This document shows, piece after piece, positions 1 through 13,866 of a stretch of DNA of 64,000 nucleotides. The stretch comes from Eledone cirrhosa (lineage: Eukaryota): contig OZ024740.1 of the NCBI GenBank assembly GCA_964016885.1, positions 327,422,001-327,486,000 on the forward strand. The letters are read 5' to 3'. A program made the position numbers and the translations under genes. The stretch's first letter is position 1. Every line of letters begins with the position of its first letter. Under the pieces are notes generated by a model. The model saw only the letters and a list, made by a program, of their open reading frames with translations. It made no database searches and was not told where the DNA came from.

Positions 1-263
1 TGGGTGTGTAGTTTCACTGAATTACTAAAGCTGATTGGTTTAGGCGTCACGGTTGGTTGAGCATGTCTAACGACCACTAATTGATCCTATCCAAAGCATC
101 AATTGTTTTGCTATTTTTAGAAATGATGAAAATAGCATTTTCTAGTAATCATCACCATCAACACCACTCTTATTATTATTATTATTGTTGTTGTTGTTGT
201 TAGTGGTCGTAGTCGACATGGTCGTAGTCATAGTCATAGTAGAAGTAATACCCCTAAGCATTA

Positions 264-2478
264 TTATTGTTCATTTAGCTTGGGTTTGAATTTATCAATA
301 AAATTCTTTTCTTTGATTTTTCTCTTGATTTCACTTGGGCTGTGTAATTTGTAGAATGGGAATATCATAAATATTCCCTGACCACATGTTGCTAGATGGT
401 TACTTAGGGGTATCTGACGGACATTTGGGTCTCTGATTTGCTGACGGTGCACGTTCCGATAGTGCATTTCTAGTTTGACCGACATATAGTTCTTCACAAT
501 TCGGGCATTTAATGCAGTAAATTAGATTTCTGCTTTTGCAGTTCATATTTGCATTTGGGAATATTTTTCCAGTTTTTGTTTTCATATATTGACCGGCGTG
601 TATGGATTGACATGTGCCGCATCGACTATCATTGCATTTAGCTACAGTGAATGATTGGTCTTTGTTGTTAAGGTCAAACTTTGCTTTTGTTAGTAATTGC
701 TTCAAATTTTTCGGCTGTCTTTTACTAAGAGTCAAAGATCGATCTGTGATTAAGCCTTTTAATTCATTACTTTGAGCAATGATCGGTAGGTTTTCTTTGG
801 CAGTGTTGAAGATATTCTGGTGACATGGGTTGTGTGTCATTATAAATGGTATGACCAGTTCTTGGTTTCTTCTTCCTTGGGTGGTCCTAAGTTGTTGTAT
901 AGGTATTTTTATAGCCCGCTGTATGCCATTTTCTATAAGTAGAGATGGGTATTTTTGTTTGAGCAAAAATTCTCTTAGTTCTGTTAGGCTTTTGTACCTG
1001 GTATTCGTATCTTCTACAATGGTACAAATTCTTCTGGCTAGGCAGTATGGGATGTTGGGTTTTGTATGAGGTGGATGGCACGACTTAAAATTCAGATATT
1101 GATGGGTGTCTGTGTGTTTATAATATATATCCGTGGTAATGGTGATGTCGTTTTTGATTATCATTAAATCTAGGAAGGGTAATTTGGTCCTACTCATCTT
1201 TTTTGTGAATTGGAGAGATGGGTGTAGGTTATTCAGGAGGATATTGAACTCATCCAGAGTATCTAGAGATTCTGTCCAGATGATGAAACAGTCGTCAAGG
1301 TATCTCTTCCAAGATATTTCAATGTACTTTCTAAAGTCAGTACTATATTTTTCCTCTATTTCTTGGTAGAGTTGTTGTTCTAAGTATCCCATTACAGAGG
1401 TCGCGTAAACGGGAGCAAACTTCGTTCACATCGCTGTGCCTCTAATTTGGATGTAATTCTTTCCATTGAAGAAGAAAGTGTTGTTTTCCAGAATAAGTTT
1501 AACTGCGTCTAATATAAATGGCGCTGTGAATCTGATGGGAATCACTTCTCTATGTTTTTCCACCCAGTATTTAACCGCCTTTATTCCTAAATCATGTGTA
1601 ATGTTGGTGTAAAGGCTTACCACATCAAAACTGAGTTGAAGTGAATTCGTTTCCGTGGTTTTGGGAAGAAGGGACATGAAGTCGATATCATCCCGGATGA
1701 AACTGGGTATGTGAATACATAGTGGTTTCAAAATAATGTCAACAAAATTGCTTAGACAGTGGGTGGGGCATGTTGGACCAGCTATAATAGGTCTAAGTTT
1801 TAAGTCTTTTGGGTGTAGTAATTTAATGTACTCACTGTTTAGTTCTCTTACTGCCAGTTGTATTTCTTTTGACTTATGAACTTTCGGTAGGCCATGCAGA
1901 TTGCTGGGTTTTGGCTCAAAATTGGTGATGTAGTCTCTTTCCTTATCAGTAAATGAGTTGTGGTATTTTGAAGCCAGGTTGTTGATCTTCTTCATGATGT
2001 TGTGGTCTATATTTGACGGTATTTCATGATAGAATGTTGTGTCTTTCAGTTGTTCCTCAACCAAATCCTTGTAGTATTCAGTATTCATTATAACAACTGC
2101 ACCCCCTTTATCTGTTTGTTTAATTATTATTGTTTTAGCATTTTGTATACGTTTAAGTGCAGACATTTCTGATTTGTTAATGTTTGGCCTAACATTAGTA
2201 TTACGTCTAAGAGGAAATTTAGACAGGATGTATTGGTCGAGATAGATATTTCTTCCTTTTGGCGGAGTGAAATTTGATTTATTCTTTACTAGTGATTCAT
2301 CACTCTCATTACTTATTACAAGACGTAATTTTCGACAGAATTCTTGGGTATCCTCCTTCTGTTCTTGGTGGTTGACTGTTGGAGTCGGTGTGAATTTCAG
2401 TCCTTTTGACAGAATTTGCATGTCATCATTGTCAAGATCTCTTTTGGATAAATTAATTATTTTAGGATCTACGTGCAC
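264..2478 (-). pseudogene. PLE reverse transcriptase/GIY-YIG endonuclease polyprotein, frameshifted
   Basis: Motifs GLKFTPTP, DKGGAVVIM, LPKVHK, RPIIAG, DVVSLYTNI, QIRGTAM and RYLDD. Cys linker CNDSRCGTC, LIYCIKCPNC..LYVGQT and C-terminal FKPKLN. Split over ORFs 1426-2478, 400-1392 and 264-497. Confidence 0.9.
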
Positions 2479-2944
2479 AGTTGTTTTGGGTATGTTTCCT
2501 CCTGGAGTTTTTCTTTTTCCGGTTTTTGTTGTCCTGACGTTAAAAAATGGATTTTATATTCCTGTTGGTGTTCGCTTGATGAACTTTTGGTCGTGATATT
2601 ATATTTGGTTTCGTTATGTATTTTGTCCTATTTTTGGCATTATGTATATTATTTTTCCATTTCTTGTTAGCATTATTTTTAAAATGCTATTTTTATCATT
2701 TCTAAAAATAGCAAAACAATTGATGCTTTGGATAAGATCAATTAGTGGTCGTTAGACATGTACAACCAACCGTGAGGCCTAAACCAATCACCTTTAGTTA
2801 TTCAGTGAAACTACACACCCATTGGTCGAAATACAGTTTGCAAGATTTAGCATTCTGGAGCCACTTTTCACTGTATATAAGGTACACAATTTACCCATCT
2901 CATTACAGTTGAAAATTGCAAACTTGACTGTCACCACACATTAT

Positions 2945-2981
2945 GAACCTGAAGATTGCGAAAGCATGAAAGTACTTGTTC
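2945..2981 (+). ncRNA. Minimal type I hammerhead ribozyme in PLE pLTR
   Basis: GAAC-CUGAAGA-UUGC gaaa GCAU-GAAA-GUAC-UU-GUUC. Stem I is GAAC/GUUC, stem III is a palindromic GUAC and the triplet is CUU. Confidence 0.8.
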
Positions 2982-3102
2982 GATTAACAGTTAACATTTA
3001 ATATTCTAGCATACTATTTCATTATAATACCATTATAAATTTTAAAAGATTGTAAATAAAACGAGTAAATCAGACAAAGTTGGAATTCCTCTTATTAATA
3101 TA

Positions 3103-3201
<99 letters not shown>

Positions 3202-4171
3202 ATATAATGTATATGTCATTCATTCACGCTTTCTCTCAATCAATGTTCAGTGGTGTTGAGCTATTCCCTTAATTATCAGCCAATGAAATCTTACTACATG
3301 CCATAAAGTGTTTGTTAAATTATTCTTTTATTGATTTCCTCCAATTTATTATAAGGACGATTTAATAGGCCACTGCTGGGAAAAAATGCGTATGTCTACT
3401 TTACACTGTCCGTTTTCTACAGAACTTAATCTCCTTTCTATGTTCTGTATAATCGAATCTGTCTCTTATTCCATTGATACATCCCACCAACTTTGATCAT
3501 GTACTAACAATATACGTACCACTTTGATCTACCAGCCTCTTCTCTTCCCATATTTTTTACTGTCTAACTTTTAAAATATGTACAAAACACATTTCCCAGT
3601 CATTCCCCCCCCCCCCCAATCACAACCACTACAGCTATGTTTTTATGAGCTTATTTCTTTAGAAGTATGAACCTGCAGAGATGTTTCAGCCGAAAATTAA
3701 CTACATTGACCTCAACGATTTCATTGAGCCTGTAAGGTTTATTGGTCCTTCTTTTCCCTCCTTCTCGGGTTGTATGTTGAAAGCAACAAGGAAAATCAAT
3801 CGAATATTCGGAAAATAAACACTACAGTAAATGTACTCGGAATCAATCCAGTGTTGTTTTTCATCCCTTGAGCATGAATTTATAAACACTGATATTCACA
3901 TACACGGATACATACACATGTACATGCAGACACAAATATTCATATATTCATACATAATAGATAAAACAAATACGCACACACACATATCTATCTATATATA
4001 TATACATATATACATATATATATATATACATATATATATACACACACACAGACACACACACACACACATATATATATATATCTGTGTGTGTGTGTGTGTG
4101 TCTACATTTGTTATATCTATTATATATGTATGAATATATGAATATTTGTGTATGTATGTACATGTGTATTT

Positions 4172-4220
<49 letters not shown>

Positions 4221-4254
4221 TTTATATATGTGCGTGTATATATGCATATATTTA

Positions 4255-4321
<67 letters not shown>

Positions 4322-4590
4322 TTATATATATATTTATATATGTGTGTGTATATATATATATGGTATAACTCATAACCAAAACCTAGCTAGTCTGGTGTAT
4401 CTATTTTCATATCCTAAATTAATGCTGCAGCAGTTGATTTTGTTATTGAATTATCGATGTTATAGTTATTGTTGTTGTGTTCCTTTGTTACTAGTAGTGA
4501 TGTTGTTGTTGTTTATCTCAAATAAAATTCTAAACACTGCAAGTGTCTAGCACATCTACTTTCATATTATATGTAAGAATATATATATAT

Positions 4591-4700
<110 letters not shown>

Positions 4701-5296
4701 TAATATATATTAATATAATATATATATTAATATATATATATATATTAATATATATATATTAATATATATTTATATATCTATATATCTATTGATATACATG
4801 TAAATATATATACATACATTTATATACATTTATATATATATATATGTATTTATTTATATGCATATATATATATGCATACTCGGCCTCTAAATAACAAGAA
4901 GAAAAAACATAACAAATAAATACATATATAAATAAATAAATAAAATTTGTGTTCGGCATATTATCGATCAAATATTTTTTTTCAATTACACACAACGGAT
5001 TCATTTACTCCAAATACTGAAACATTTTAATGTCAAGGAAGAAATGGTGTCTGCCAAAATGTTAGTGATATCGATATATACTTTCAGCTATCTCCAACGA
5101 GAGGCTGAACTTCCATTCAATCTATCTTTCTGTTACTTCTCTCTAACCTTTTTGCTTCTCTTCCTAACTTTTCCTCACTTTCTATCTGCCTTCTGTATCT
5201 CTTTCTCTTTATTTCTTTCCTATTTCGATCTATCCATTTACCTACCTACTTATATATCTCTCTCTCTCTCTCTCTCTCACTCTCTCTCTCACTCTT

Positions 5297-5367
<71 letters not shown>

Positions 5368-5494
5368 ATCTATCTGTTTGTCTGTTTGTCTATCTACCTG
5401 TCTGTCTATCTACCTGTTTATCTATCTACTATAGATAGATAGATGAACATCTATCTATCTATCTATTTATCTATCTATCTATTTATCTATCATT

Positions 5495-5830
5495 GTGTAC
5501 AACAACAATCTAATAAAAACACAAGGGCCTAACTTCACCCAGGCAGGGGATTTCCCCCACCTCAAAATGATTAAGGCCCCACAGGACACCTATAAAACTT
5601 TAAAAAACAATTTTAAAGAGGACGTGGGTCCCCCCTGCGTCGGGCCCATTAACCGCGTCCTCCTAAAAAACTATCCCACCCCCTCCCCAAACACCCTCAC
5701 AACTCCAAGCTCCCCAACCACACAACACACTGATGCCCCCACACTTCCACAAACCACCACCCCACCCAACAACCCATCCCCCACCCTAATGGAAATTGTG
5801 CAGCCCGATACCCGGGACGCAGAGAGGTAA
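5495..5830 (+). CDS. Probable 3' end of Tx1 ORF1 (Pro/Thr-rich)
   Basis: Open frame with its stop 25 nt before the ORF2 ATG, inside the element boundary. No recognisable domain. Confidence 0.45.
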   Translation: MYNNNLIKTQGPNFTQAGDFPHLKMIKAPQDTYKTLKNNFKEDVGPPCVGPINRVLLKNYPTPSPNTLTTPSSPTTQHTDAPTLPQTTTPPNNPSPTLMEIVQPDTRDAER

Positions 5831-5854
5831 GTGCCTTTTCTCTTCACCACCAAC

Positions 5855-8800
5855 ATGGCTATGCTAAGAGTAGGCTGTTTAAATGCGCGTGGCCTGGGCT
5901 CAACTTGGAAGCAAGCAATGCTTCTAAATGACCTCAGGTCACAACGTATAGATGTGATGGTTATTTGCGAGGCCCGGATCAGCAACGTGCGACAGCTGGC
6001 CCCCACCTTTGATGACTTTGAGATGCACGCATCTCTCTGTCAGCCCGGAGGTGGGGGTGGAGTTGTCGTTCTGCTGCAAAAACATCTGGGTCTCGCAACA
6101 CAGATGGTACATTTGGACCCGGAGGGTCGACTAGTGGTTCTGGACCTTGGCAGTGGTAAAGGCGGAGCGTTTAGGTTGGTAGCCGCCTACGGCCCTTTCG
6201 GGTCAATGCGGCCGGACTTCTTCCATCGTCTGGAGACTTTTCTAGGGACGTCCCGCTCCTTGCTATTAGTGGGGGACTGGAATGGTATCCTAGATGCACG
6301 CTGGGACTACGTAGGGGCCTGCCCCGATAGAGAGGGGTGTAATAGCCTCAAAGGGTTAATCGGTCGATTTGACCTGGCCGATAGATATCGACTAGATTTT
6401 CCGACTGCGCCAACCTGGACTTGGGCAAATCGTAGCGGATCATCTAGGTCGTACCTAGATAGGTTCTTAGTTAGAATTAAGGATAAGGACTTTTTAAGTT
6501 GTCCAAAAATGCGCATTGTTGGCTATTCAGACCACAAATTAGTGACCTGCATGGTCAACCTTGACAGAACTCGTAGACAGGGCCCCGGTTACTGGAAGCT
6601 CAACTTGTCCTTGCCGGCAAGTAGAGCCTACAGGAATCGGATTAGTACGTTAGTTAAGGAACGGTTGACTGGAGCGATCGTCAACAGCAGGTGGTGGGTA
6701 TCTCTAAAGAGAGAGATTAGAGTAGTCTCGATAGAATTTAGTAAGGTTCTAGCTGCGGATAGGAATAGGAAGGAAAGGGAGCTAATAGATAGAGTAGAAG
6801 AGGCAATTAGAAGCGGCGACGTGGCCAGAGTGCTAGCGTCGAGAACGGCTTTGAGCCAGTTTTTCGACGCGAAGCACGAAGGCTGCGTTGTCCGAAGTAA
6901 AATACGTGCTCTAGGGAACGAGGGGACCAAAGCTGTTAGCTGGGCCCGCGTGACAGAGGCCAACAGTGGAACTAAATCCACCATCCGGTCTTTGCGAGAC
7001 CTGGATGGACGGGCGATTCTTGAGCCTAAGCAGATGTGTGAGGCCTTTCAAAGGCACTTTGCCCGACTGTTCGGGAGGGGCGGGGAGCCGGTTGGGAACG
7101 TGGACTTCGGTCCATACCTCGACGGCCTGCCGCGCCTCTCGGACAGGGAGGCGAAGTCCTGCGAGGAGCCGATTTCGGCCGCTGAGATAGAGGACGTGCT
7201 GAGCCAATGCGGCAAACGCAAATCCCCGGGTCTCGATGGTCTTCCTTACGAATTATATCTAGCTATGCCGGACTTGTTCCCCGATCTCCTCGAGGCGGTC
7301 TACTGCAACTGGCAACAGAACGGGAGAATTCCCTGTACTGTGACCAAGGGCGTAGTCACGCTAGTGAGGAAGGACGAGAACAAGGGGGACGAAATAAGTA
7401 ACTTCAGGCCCATAACACTGCTAAATACAGAGTTACAGATTTTGGCCAAGGTGCTAGCAAAGAGGTTGGCGCTTGTCGTGGGCAACCTGGTGGGAGATGC
7501 GCAGACATGCGCTATCCCGTCCAGGTCCATCCATGACAACCTCCACCTCATGCGATACATCATAGAGAGGGTTGGGAACGAACCCGGCTTTGGTGGGGCT
7601 CTGATCAACTTGGATCAATCTAAGGCGTTCGATAGGGTCGACCATGGTTACCTGGATGCGGTGCTAGCGGCGGCAGGCTTCGGACCCGTTTTCAGGGGCT
7701 GGATCACTGCTATGCACAGCAGCCGCATCTGCTCTAGGGTCAAGGTGAACGGCTACCTCTCGGAGCCGTTCAAAATCGCGCGGTCCATCCGACAAGGGTG
7801 CCCTCTCTCCTCCCTTCTGTATGTGTTGACTCTCGAGCCACTACTGCGGAAGTTGGAGTTGTTGCAGGGCATCCCTTTGGAACCGGGATTGCGGAAAGCG
7901 GTGTCGGCCTACGCCGATGACGTGACAGTAATGGTGTCGACGGCCTCCGAAATCGAGGCGGTCGGCACCTTACTGGAGGAGTACGAAAAGTTCACAGGGG
8001 CTAAGCTGAACCGGGACAAGTCGATCGGTTTGCAACTCGGCACGTGGAGGGGCAGACCGATGCCCTCCGATGGCGTCGTCGGACGCTGGACGGAGGGCCC
8101 GGTGAAGTTGCTCGGGGTCTGGTTCGGACCGGACCTCCAGGTGGAGAAAAACTGGGCGGAGGTTACGAACAGGGTGTTTGCACTGACCCAGAAGTGGGCC
8201 AGTTGCAAACTATCCCTGAAAGGTCGGGCGGAGGTGGCGAACACCTACATAGCGTCCGTCATCTACTACCGCCTGACCGTAGTGCCCTGCCCAAGGGAAA
8301 CGCTCACCAAGATGGAGCGCGCGCTCTTCCAATTCCTTTGGAAGAGGCGGGCTCCTATGGTATGGAGATCCATCTGCTGTCAACACCCTTCGAAAGGAGG
8401 GCTGGGGATGCCGTGGCTAATGATGCGTAAACACGCATTAAGGCTACGGCACCTCTACGTATTCCTCACCGGACAACCGGTGTGGGCCTCGTTTGTGAGA
8501 CGAACCTTTCCCAGACTCGTCTCACTCACCGAGCTGCAATCCTGGGTCAAGCAAAGACCGAGAAAACTGGGCGCCTGGCACACTGAGTGTGCCCAGGCGC
8601 TCACCGCCCTCTGGCAGGCGGATCCGGTTATCAGTGGAGACTCCACCGCAACATTCTATAGAGGGCTGGTGCGCATCAGATGCGACGACGCCCTCGGAGA
8701 AGCCCTAGACATGGAAGAGGACGAACTGGCCAGCCTGTTCGGTAGGACATTCAGCCCGGGACCTATGGACAACTTCCAGAAGTCCCTGGCCTGGCAGTGC

Positions 8801-9292
8801 TACCGAGGGGCTTTACCCGTTCGAGAAAGGCTCTACAGACACGGGCGCCCGGGTAGGGACCCCGCCAAAAAGATCTGTCCCAGATGCGTGTGCGACGAGG
8901 AAACCGTTGCACACGCATTAGTACACTGCTCGGGCGTAGCCGATCTGTGGGGCTATGTCGAACAACTGCTGTCAAGGGTGGGACCGATCCGGTTGACCAC
9001 CGAGTCTATTGTAATGATCAAGCCGCCTCCCCCCTTCAAAGATGAAGCAGAGGCGGTGTTTCTGTGCGTAATAGCCATGGCGAAAGAGGTTGTATGGTGG
9101 ACGCGTCTGAAAGGACTGAGGTCGGGCACCTTTCTCTCTGGCCAACAACTGGTCCGTTTCTTCCGATATCATTTCGGAAGAAGGATCAGGATGGAGAGAG
9201 AGGTGCTGCACCCCAGCCGTTTCTATGAAAGATGGGTGAAAGTGGCGAGAATGGCCCGTGTGAATGGGCCTTCACTCTACATCAGACTATAG
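5855..9292 (+). CDS. Tx1-type ORF2: APE endonuclease + reverse transcriptase + C-terminal zinc finger
   Basis: LNARGL, ICE, GDWN and SDH (APE). SPGLDG, FRPITLLN, DQSKAFDRV, SIRQGCPLS and YADD (RT). CPRC..ETVAHALVHC (zinc finger). No stops or frameshifts; first ATG at 5855. Confidence 0.95.
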   Translation: MAMLRVGCLNARGLGSTWKQAMLLNDLRSQRIDVMVICEARISNVRQLAPTFDDFEMHASLCQPGGGGGVVVLLQKHLGLATQMVHLDPEGRLVVLDLGSGKGGAFRLVAAYGPFGSMRPDFFHRLETFLGTSRSLLLVGDWNGILDARWDYVGACPDREGCNSLKGLIGRFDLADRYRLDFPTAPTWTWANRSGSSRSYLDRFLVRIKDKDFLSCPKMRIVGYSDHKLVTCMVNLDRTRRQGPGYWKLNLSLPASRAYRNRISTLVKERLTGAIVNSRWWVSLKREIRVVSIEFSKVLAADRNRKERELIDRVEEAIRSGDVARVLASRTALSQFFDAKHEGCVVRSKIRALGNEGTKAVSWARVTEANSGTKSTIRSLRDLDGRAILEPKQMCEAFQRHFARLFGRGGEPVGNVDFGPYLDGLPRLSDREAKSCEEPISAAEIEDVLSQCGKRKSPGLDGLPYELYLAMPDLFPDLLEAVYCNWQQNGRIPCTVTKGVVTLVRKDENKGDEISNFRPITLLNTELQILAKVLAKRLALVVGNLVGDAQTCAIPSRSIHDNLHLMRYIIERVGNEPGFGGALINLDQSKAFDRVDHGYLDAVLAAAGFGPVFRGWITAMHSSRICSRVKVNGYLSEPFKIARSIRQGCPLSSLLYVLTLEPLLRKLELLQGIPLEPGLRKAVSAYADDVTVMVSTASEIEAVGTLLEEYEKFTGAKLNRDKSIGLQLGTWRGRPMPSDGVVGRWTEGPVKLLGVWFGPDLQVEKNWAEVTNRVFALTQKWASCKLSLKGRAEVANTYIASVIYYRLTVVPCPRETLTKMERALFQFLWKRRAPMVWRSICCQHPSKGGLGMPWLMMRKHALRLRHLYVFLTGQPVWASFVRRTFPRLVSLTELQSWVKQRPRKLGAWHTECAQALTALWQADPVISGDSTATFYRGLVRIRCDDALGEALDMEEDELASLFGRTFSPGPMDNFQKSLAWQCYRGALPVRERLYRHGRPGRDPAKKICPRCVCDEETVAHALVHCSGVADLWGYVEQLLSRVGPIRLTTESIVMIKPPPPFKDEAEAVFLCVIAMAKEVVWWTRLKGLRSGTFLSGQQLVRFFRYHFGRRIRMEREVLHPSRFYERWVKVARMARVNGPSLYIRL

Positions 9293-9827
9293 GTGAGGAA
9301 GATGAAAGACCAAGGGAGCACCCCTTCTCTGTGCTCCTGAGGAGAAGGGTTGCACACTTTTTTCGGGGGTGTGTGCGACCCCCCCAAGGCGCCTCCTCTC
9401 TATTGAGGATTTTGTTAAAAATTTTATTTTTTGTTATATCTTATTTTATTTTTATATTTTGTTATTGCCTCCTCCTTATTGAGGACGCCTTTTTGTGTAA
9501 ACTCCCCCCTTTGTACTTGTCCCACTTTTGATGCCCTAGTGGCAAATAAAAGAAATATATCTATTTATCTATCTACCTACCTGCTTACCAACCTATCTAT
9601 CTATATATCTGTCTGTCTGCTTGTCTGACCGCTTGTCTGTCTGCCTGTCGGTTTTTCTGCCTATCTATCTATCTATCTACCTAATTATCTATGCCTCTGT
9701 CTATCAAATCTACACGTACATTTTTTTCAATCTCAATCTTTCTTGCGCACTCTTGCATTTACATTTTTGCGGCTTACATCCATTAACGCCGCTTCTGTCA
9801 CTGGTGGTTTTATACGTACATACATAC

Positions 9828-10218
9828 ATGGTGGCTGCCAACTCGTTTTAGAGTACGGCCACTACTTTATATCCATGTAGAAGAACCCCTGCCGATGCGC
9901 TGAACGAGTGTGACTTTTTAGTCCAGCCAGCGACTTGAAAACTCTGGTACAAACACTACACTTGTGACAATTATTGACACATAGTGCTGGGCCCATGGTA
10001 CCATGTGACGACAAGTGCAGAGAGATCTCCAGATATAAAGCAATGCCTGTGCCGTGAAGCTTTTATAGTGAGCAAAGGCACTGCACAAAACCAGTCCCAC
10101 TCTCTTAACGAAGATGATATTTACCAAAAAGAAGAACAAGTCAACATCATTGGATAGCATCAGAGTTGCAGGTGTTATATCAGAATTTTCCTTCTCCTAG
10201 AATTCTGCCTTGACAAAG
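9828..10218 (-). mobile_element. Non-autonomous RTE-type element, copy 1 (5'-truncated)
   Basis: Near-identical to copies at 20225, 29908 and 36753. Encodes a C-terminal CxxC..VFKSLAGLKSH motif and ends gcagccaccat-(GTAT)n. Confidence 0.7.
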
Positions 10219-10631
10219 CATACATACATAGATACATATATGCACACACACACACATACATATATACATACATATACACATAGACATATACATATGCCTA
10301 TATATATACACACACATATACATTTACCTCTCTCTCTCGCTCTTTATATATGTATATATATGTATATGTGTGTGTATATATATATACATATATATATATC
10401 TACACGTACATTTTTTCCAATCTCAATCATTCTTGCTCACTCTTGCTTTTACATTGTTGCGGCTTACGTACATTAACGCCGCTTCTGTCACTGGTGGTTT
10501 TATACGTACATACATACATACATAGATACATACATAGATACATACATGCACACACACACACACACATACATACATACATACATATACACATAGACATATA
10601 CATATGCCTATATATATATATATACACACAC

Positions 10632-11561
<930 letters not shown>

Positions 11562-11839
11562 TGTATTATAGACACCCTATATATGTCCGTGGGTACTTAG
11601 TACCTGTGGGGTATTAATCTCATTTTATGTATATTCTCCCATGTGTGTAGAGAAAAAAACGTTGTACCTAACTGCTATTTTTAGTAGCGTGGCAAACAAC
11701 ACGTCTATAAGGCGTGGCAAACAACAGGTCTAAGGACCAGTTTATGTGTGGGTCATTTTAACGTGCTGACCTTACGCTAGCTGGGAGTAGGCCATATATT
11801 TACAAACTGTGAGACTTTACGTCCTATAGAATAGAAATA

Positions 11840-11919
11840 GCTTTCTGAGGGGCCGAATTTTTCCATTGGAAGTCCTTTTGATTTCCAATCTTTTGTGAGG
11901 CGAAACCGTCGGTAAAAGC
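11840..11919 (+). ncRNA. Type I hammerhead ribozyme (A9G variant) in a 440-bp (TA)n-flanked island
   Basis: GCUUU-CUGAGGG-GCC...GGC-GAAA-CCG U CGG-UA-AAAGC. Internal hairpin AUUGGAAGUC/GAUUUCCAAU lies in stem II. Confidence 0.7.
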
Positions 11920-11998
11920 ATTTTGGATAGTTGAACATTTAAATCGCATTTTAAGATATTTAAAAGATTGTTTAATGTTTACTTGTTCCGCTCATCTC

Positions 11999-12124
<126 letters not shown>

Positions 12125-12191
12125 ATATATATATATATACATACATATATATATATATGTGTATATATATATATACATATATATACATACA

Positions 12192-12225
<34 letters not shown>

Positions 12226-12277
12226 CATACATACATACATACATATATATGCGTATATATATATATAATATACATAC

Positions 12278-12338
<61 letters not shown>

Positions 12339-12892
12339 TATATACATATATATATATATATATACACGTGGAAAAGTAAGAAATCGTAGAATAGACCGTT
12401 AAAACATGTTTATTTAAAACAGCACCTTCGTACGTTTCGCCCAGTTGGTCTTCTCAAGGGCATAAATAACCAAAAGTGTTCCTTACATTGCTCGGAAAGA
12501 GTTTTGGAGGTTAGGTTCACGTCAAGATTCATTGCTCGCAAAAATAGCGTGTTTTGATTTTGCAGCAGATCAAGGGAGGTAACTCTGGCCGGTGTTAGGG
12601 CAGTCTTTCCCGGACACATTTTTTATCCGTTACAAGATGTGGTTACAACCTTACCATTGTCGATACGCACAGGGTCATGTAATCAACGCTTATTTTGAGA
12701 CGTTTGTTACCGCGCCTGTTTGCCTGGGTCGTTTGAGGCTGGGTCTGGTATGCATGGTTAGTTTCCTGGGTGTTATTTTGCAGCGCATGCCCGCCGGGGT
12801 GTTAAAACTTGTTGCAGGGAGATCCGGTACACGGTTTCACTCCTCATCCTTAACCCATCTGAAGAAGGATAATTTTAAGCACTGTGTCCAAC

Positions 12893-13672
12893 TTATCGCT
12901 GTTTCAGCTCAGCTTTTGGTGAGCTCGTGGGGTTGTACGGTGCAGCCCTGCCGACAATATCCCAGTGCGTGGAGAAGCTGATGTTTAAGTCCTTTAATGA
13001 TGTGATGTAGGCCGCGAGCGAAGTGGAGTGTCTTAATTTCTTATTTGTGAAAGAGTGGAGATGTGTTCGAAACCTAATTTTGAACGGGCCGGAGGTAGCC
13101 CCTATATAATGCTTAACGCTATTGTGGCTAGTTACCGTGCATCTATATATAACCCTATCAGTCAAGCAGTATCCTCTAAGGGGGCAGCGTCCCCTGTCGC
13201 GGCAGTTGCAATTTCTGTCGCGGTTCCATCCATTTCCCACGGTAAAGCTATCATTGTTGCTACCTACGTTGTTATCTACGCTCCCGCAGCTGTCGTTAGC
13301 ACCATTACTACCCACAGCGCGCGGGGTGGTACGATTATTATTCCGCACGTCATGTCCTACATATTCCTCAGTCATTTGGCGGTTATGCTGGTTGTGTCTG
13401 CGGAGGCCGTTGCCAGCACTAGTGGATGTTGCTAGGGAGTTGTTAAGGCCGATATAGTTATTGTCAGGTGTCTGTGCTAAGGTGCTGTGTCTTAGTGATC
13501 TTACTGTGGCTCGTTGTTCCTATGATGTCTGCTAGGTTAGGAGTAGTAGAAAAGGATATTTTTATATTGTTCCTATTAAGAATTTTTCTATACCTATGGT
13601 TGGGCAGGAAGTTCTTCTCTAAGGCTTCGAAGAATATCCGGGGTATGTTGGAGGCTACATTCCGAGAGTGTT
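12893..13672 (-). pseudogene. PLE RT C-terminus/GIY-YIG endonuclease fragment
   Basis: HRYRKILNRNNIKISFSTTPNL, followed by CNCRDRGRCPLRGYCLTDRVIYRCTV..YIGATSGPFKIRFRTHLHSF. Interrupted reading frame. Confidence 0.85.
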
Positions 13673-13866
13673 GTAAGGTTGTAACCACATCTTGTAACGG
13701 ATAAAAAATGTGTCCGGGGAAAGACTGCCCTAACACCGGCCAGAGTTACCTCCCTTGACCTGCTGCAAAATCAAAACACGCTATTTTTGCGAGCAATGAA
13801 TCTTGACGTGAACCTAACCTCCAAACCTCTTTCCGAGCAATGTAAGGAACACTTTTGGTTATTTAT

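Larger units (their letters stand above)
1..3097 (-). mobile_element. Penelope-like retroelement (Neptune-type) with inverted pseudo-LTRs, ending in (TA)n
   Basis: Minus-strand RT + GIY-YIG coding region. 1-141 is the reverse complement of 2681-2821. The right pLTR carries an HHR and runs into (TA)n at about 3098. The element continues beyond the window start. Confidence 0.9.
5492..9555 (+). mobile_element. Tx1/L1-clade non-LTR retrotransposon, 5'-truncated in ORF1, inserted in (ATCT)n
   Basis: GC-rich block with intact ORF2, 3' UTR and AATAAA at 9545. Candidate 16-bp TSD tatctatttatctatc at 5476-5491 and 9558-9573. Confidence 0.9.

Noticed and set aside
6307-9211. Antisense and alternative-frame ORFs within the Tx1 element
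   Set aside because: Shadow ORFs expected in GC-rich coding DNA, with no recognisable motifs.
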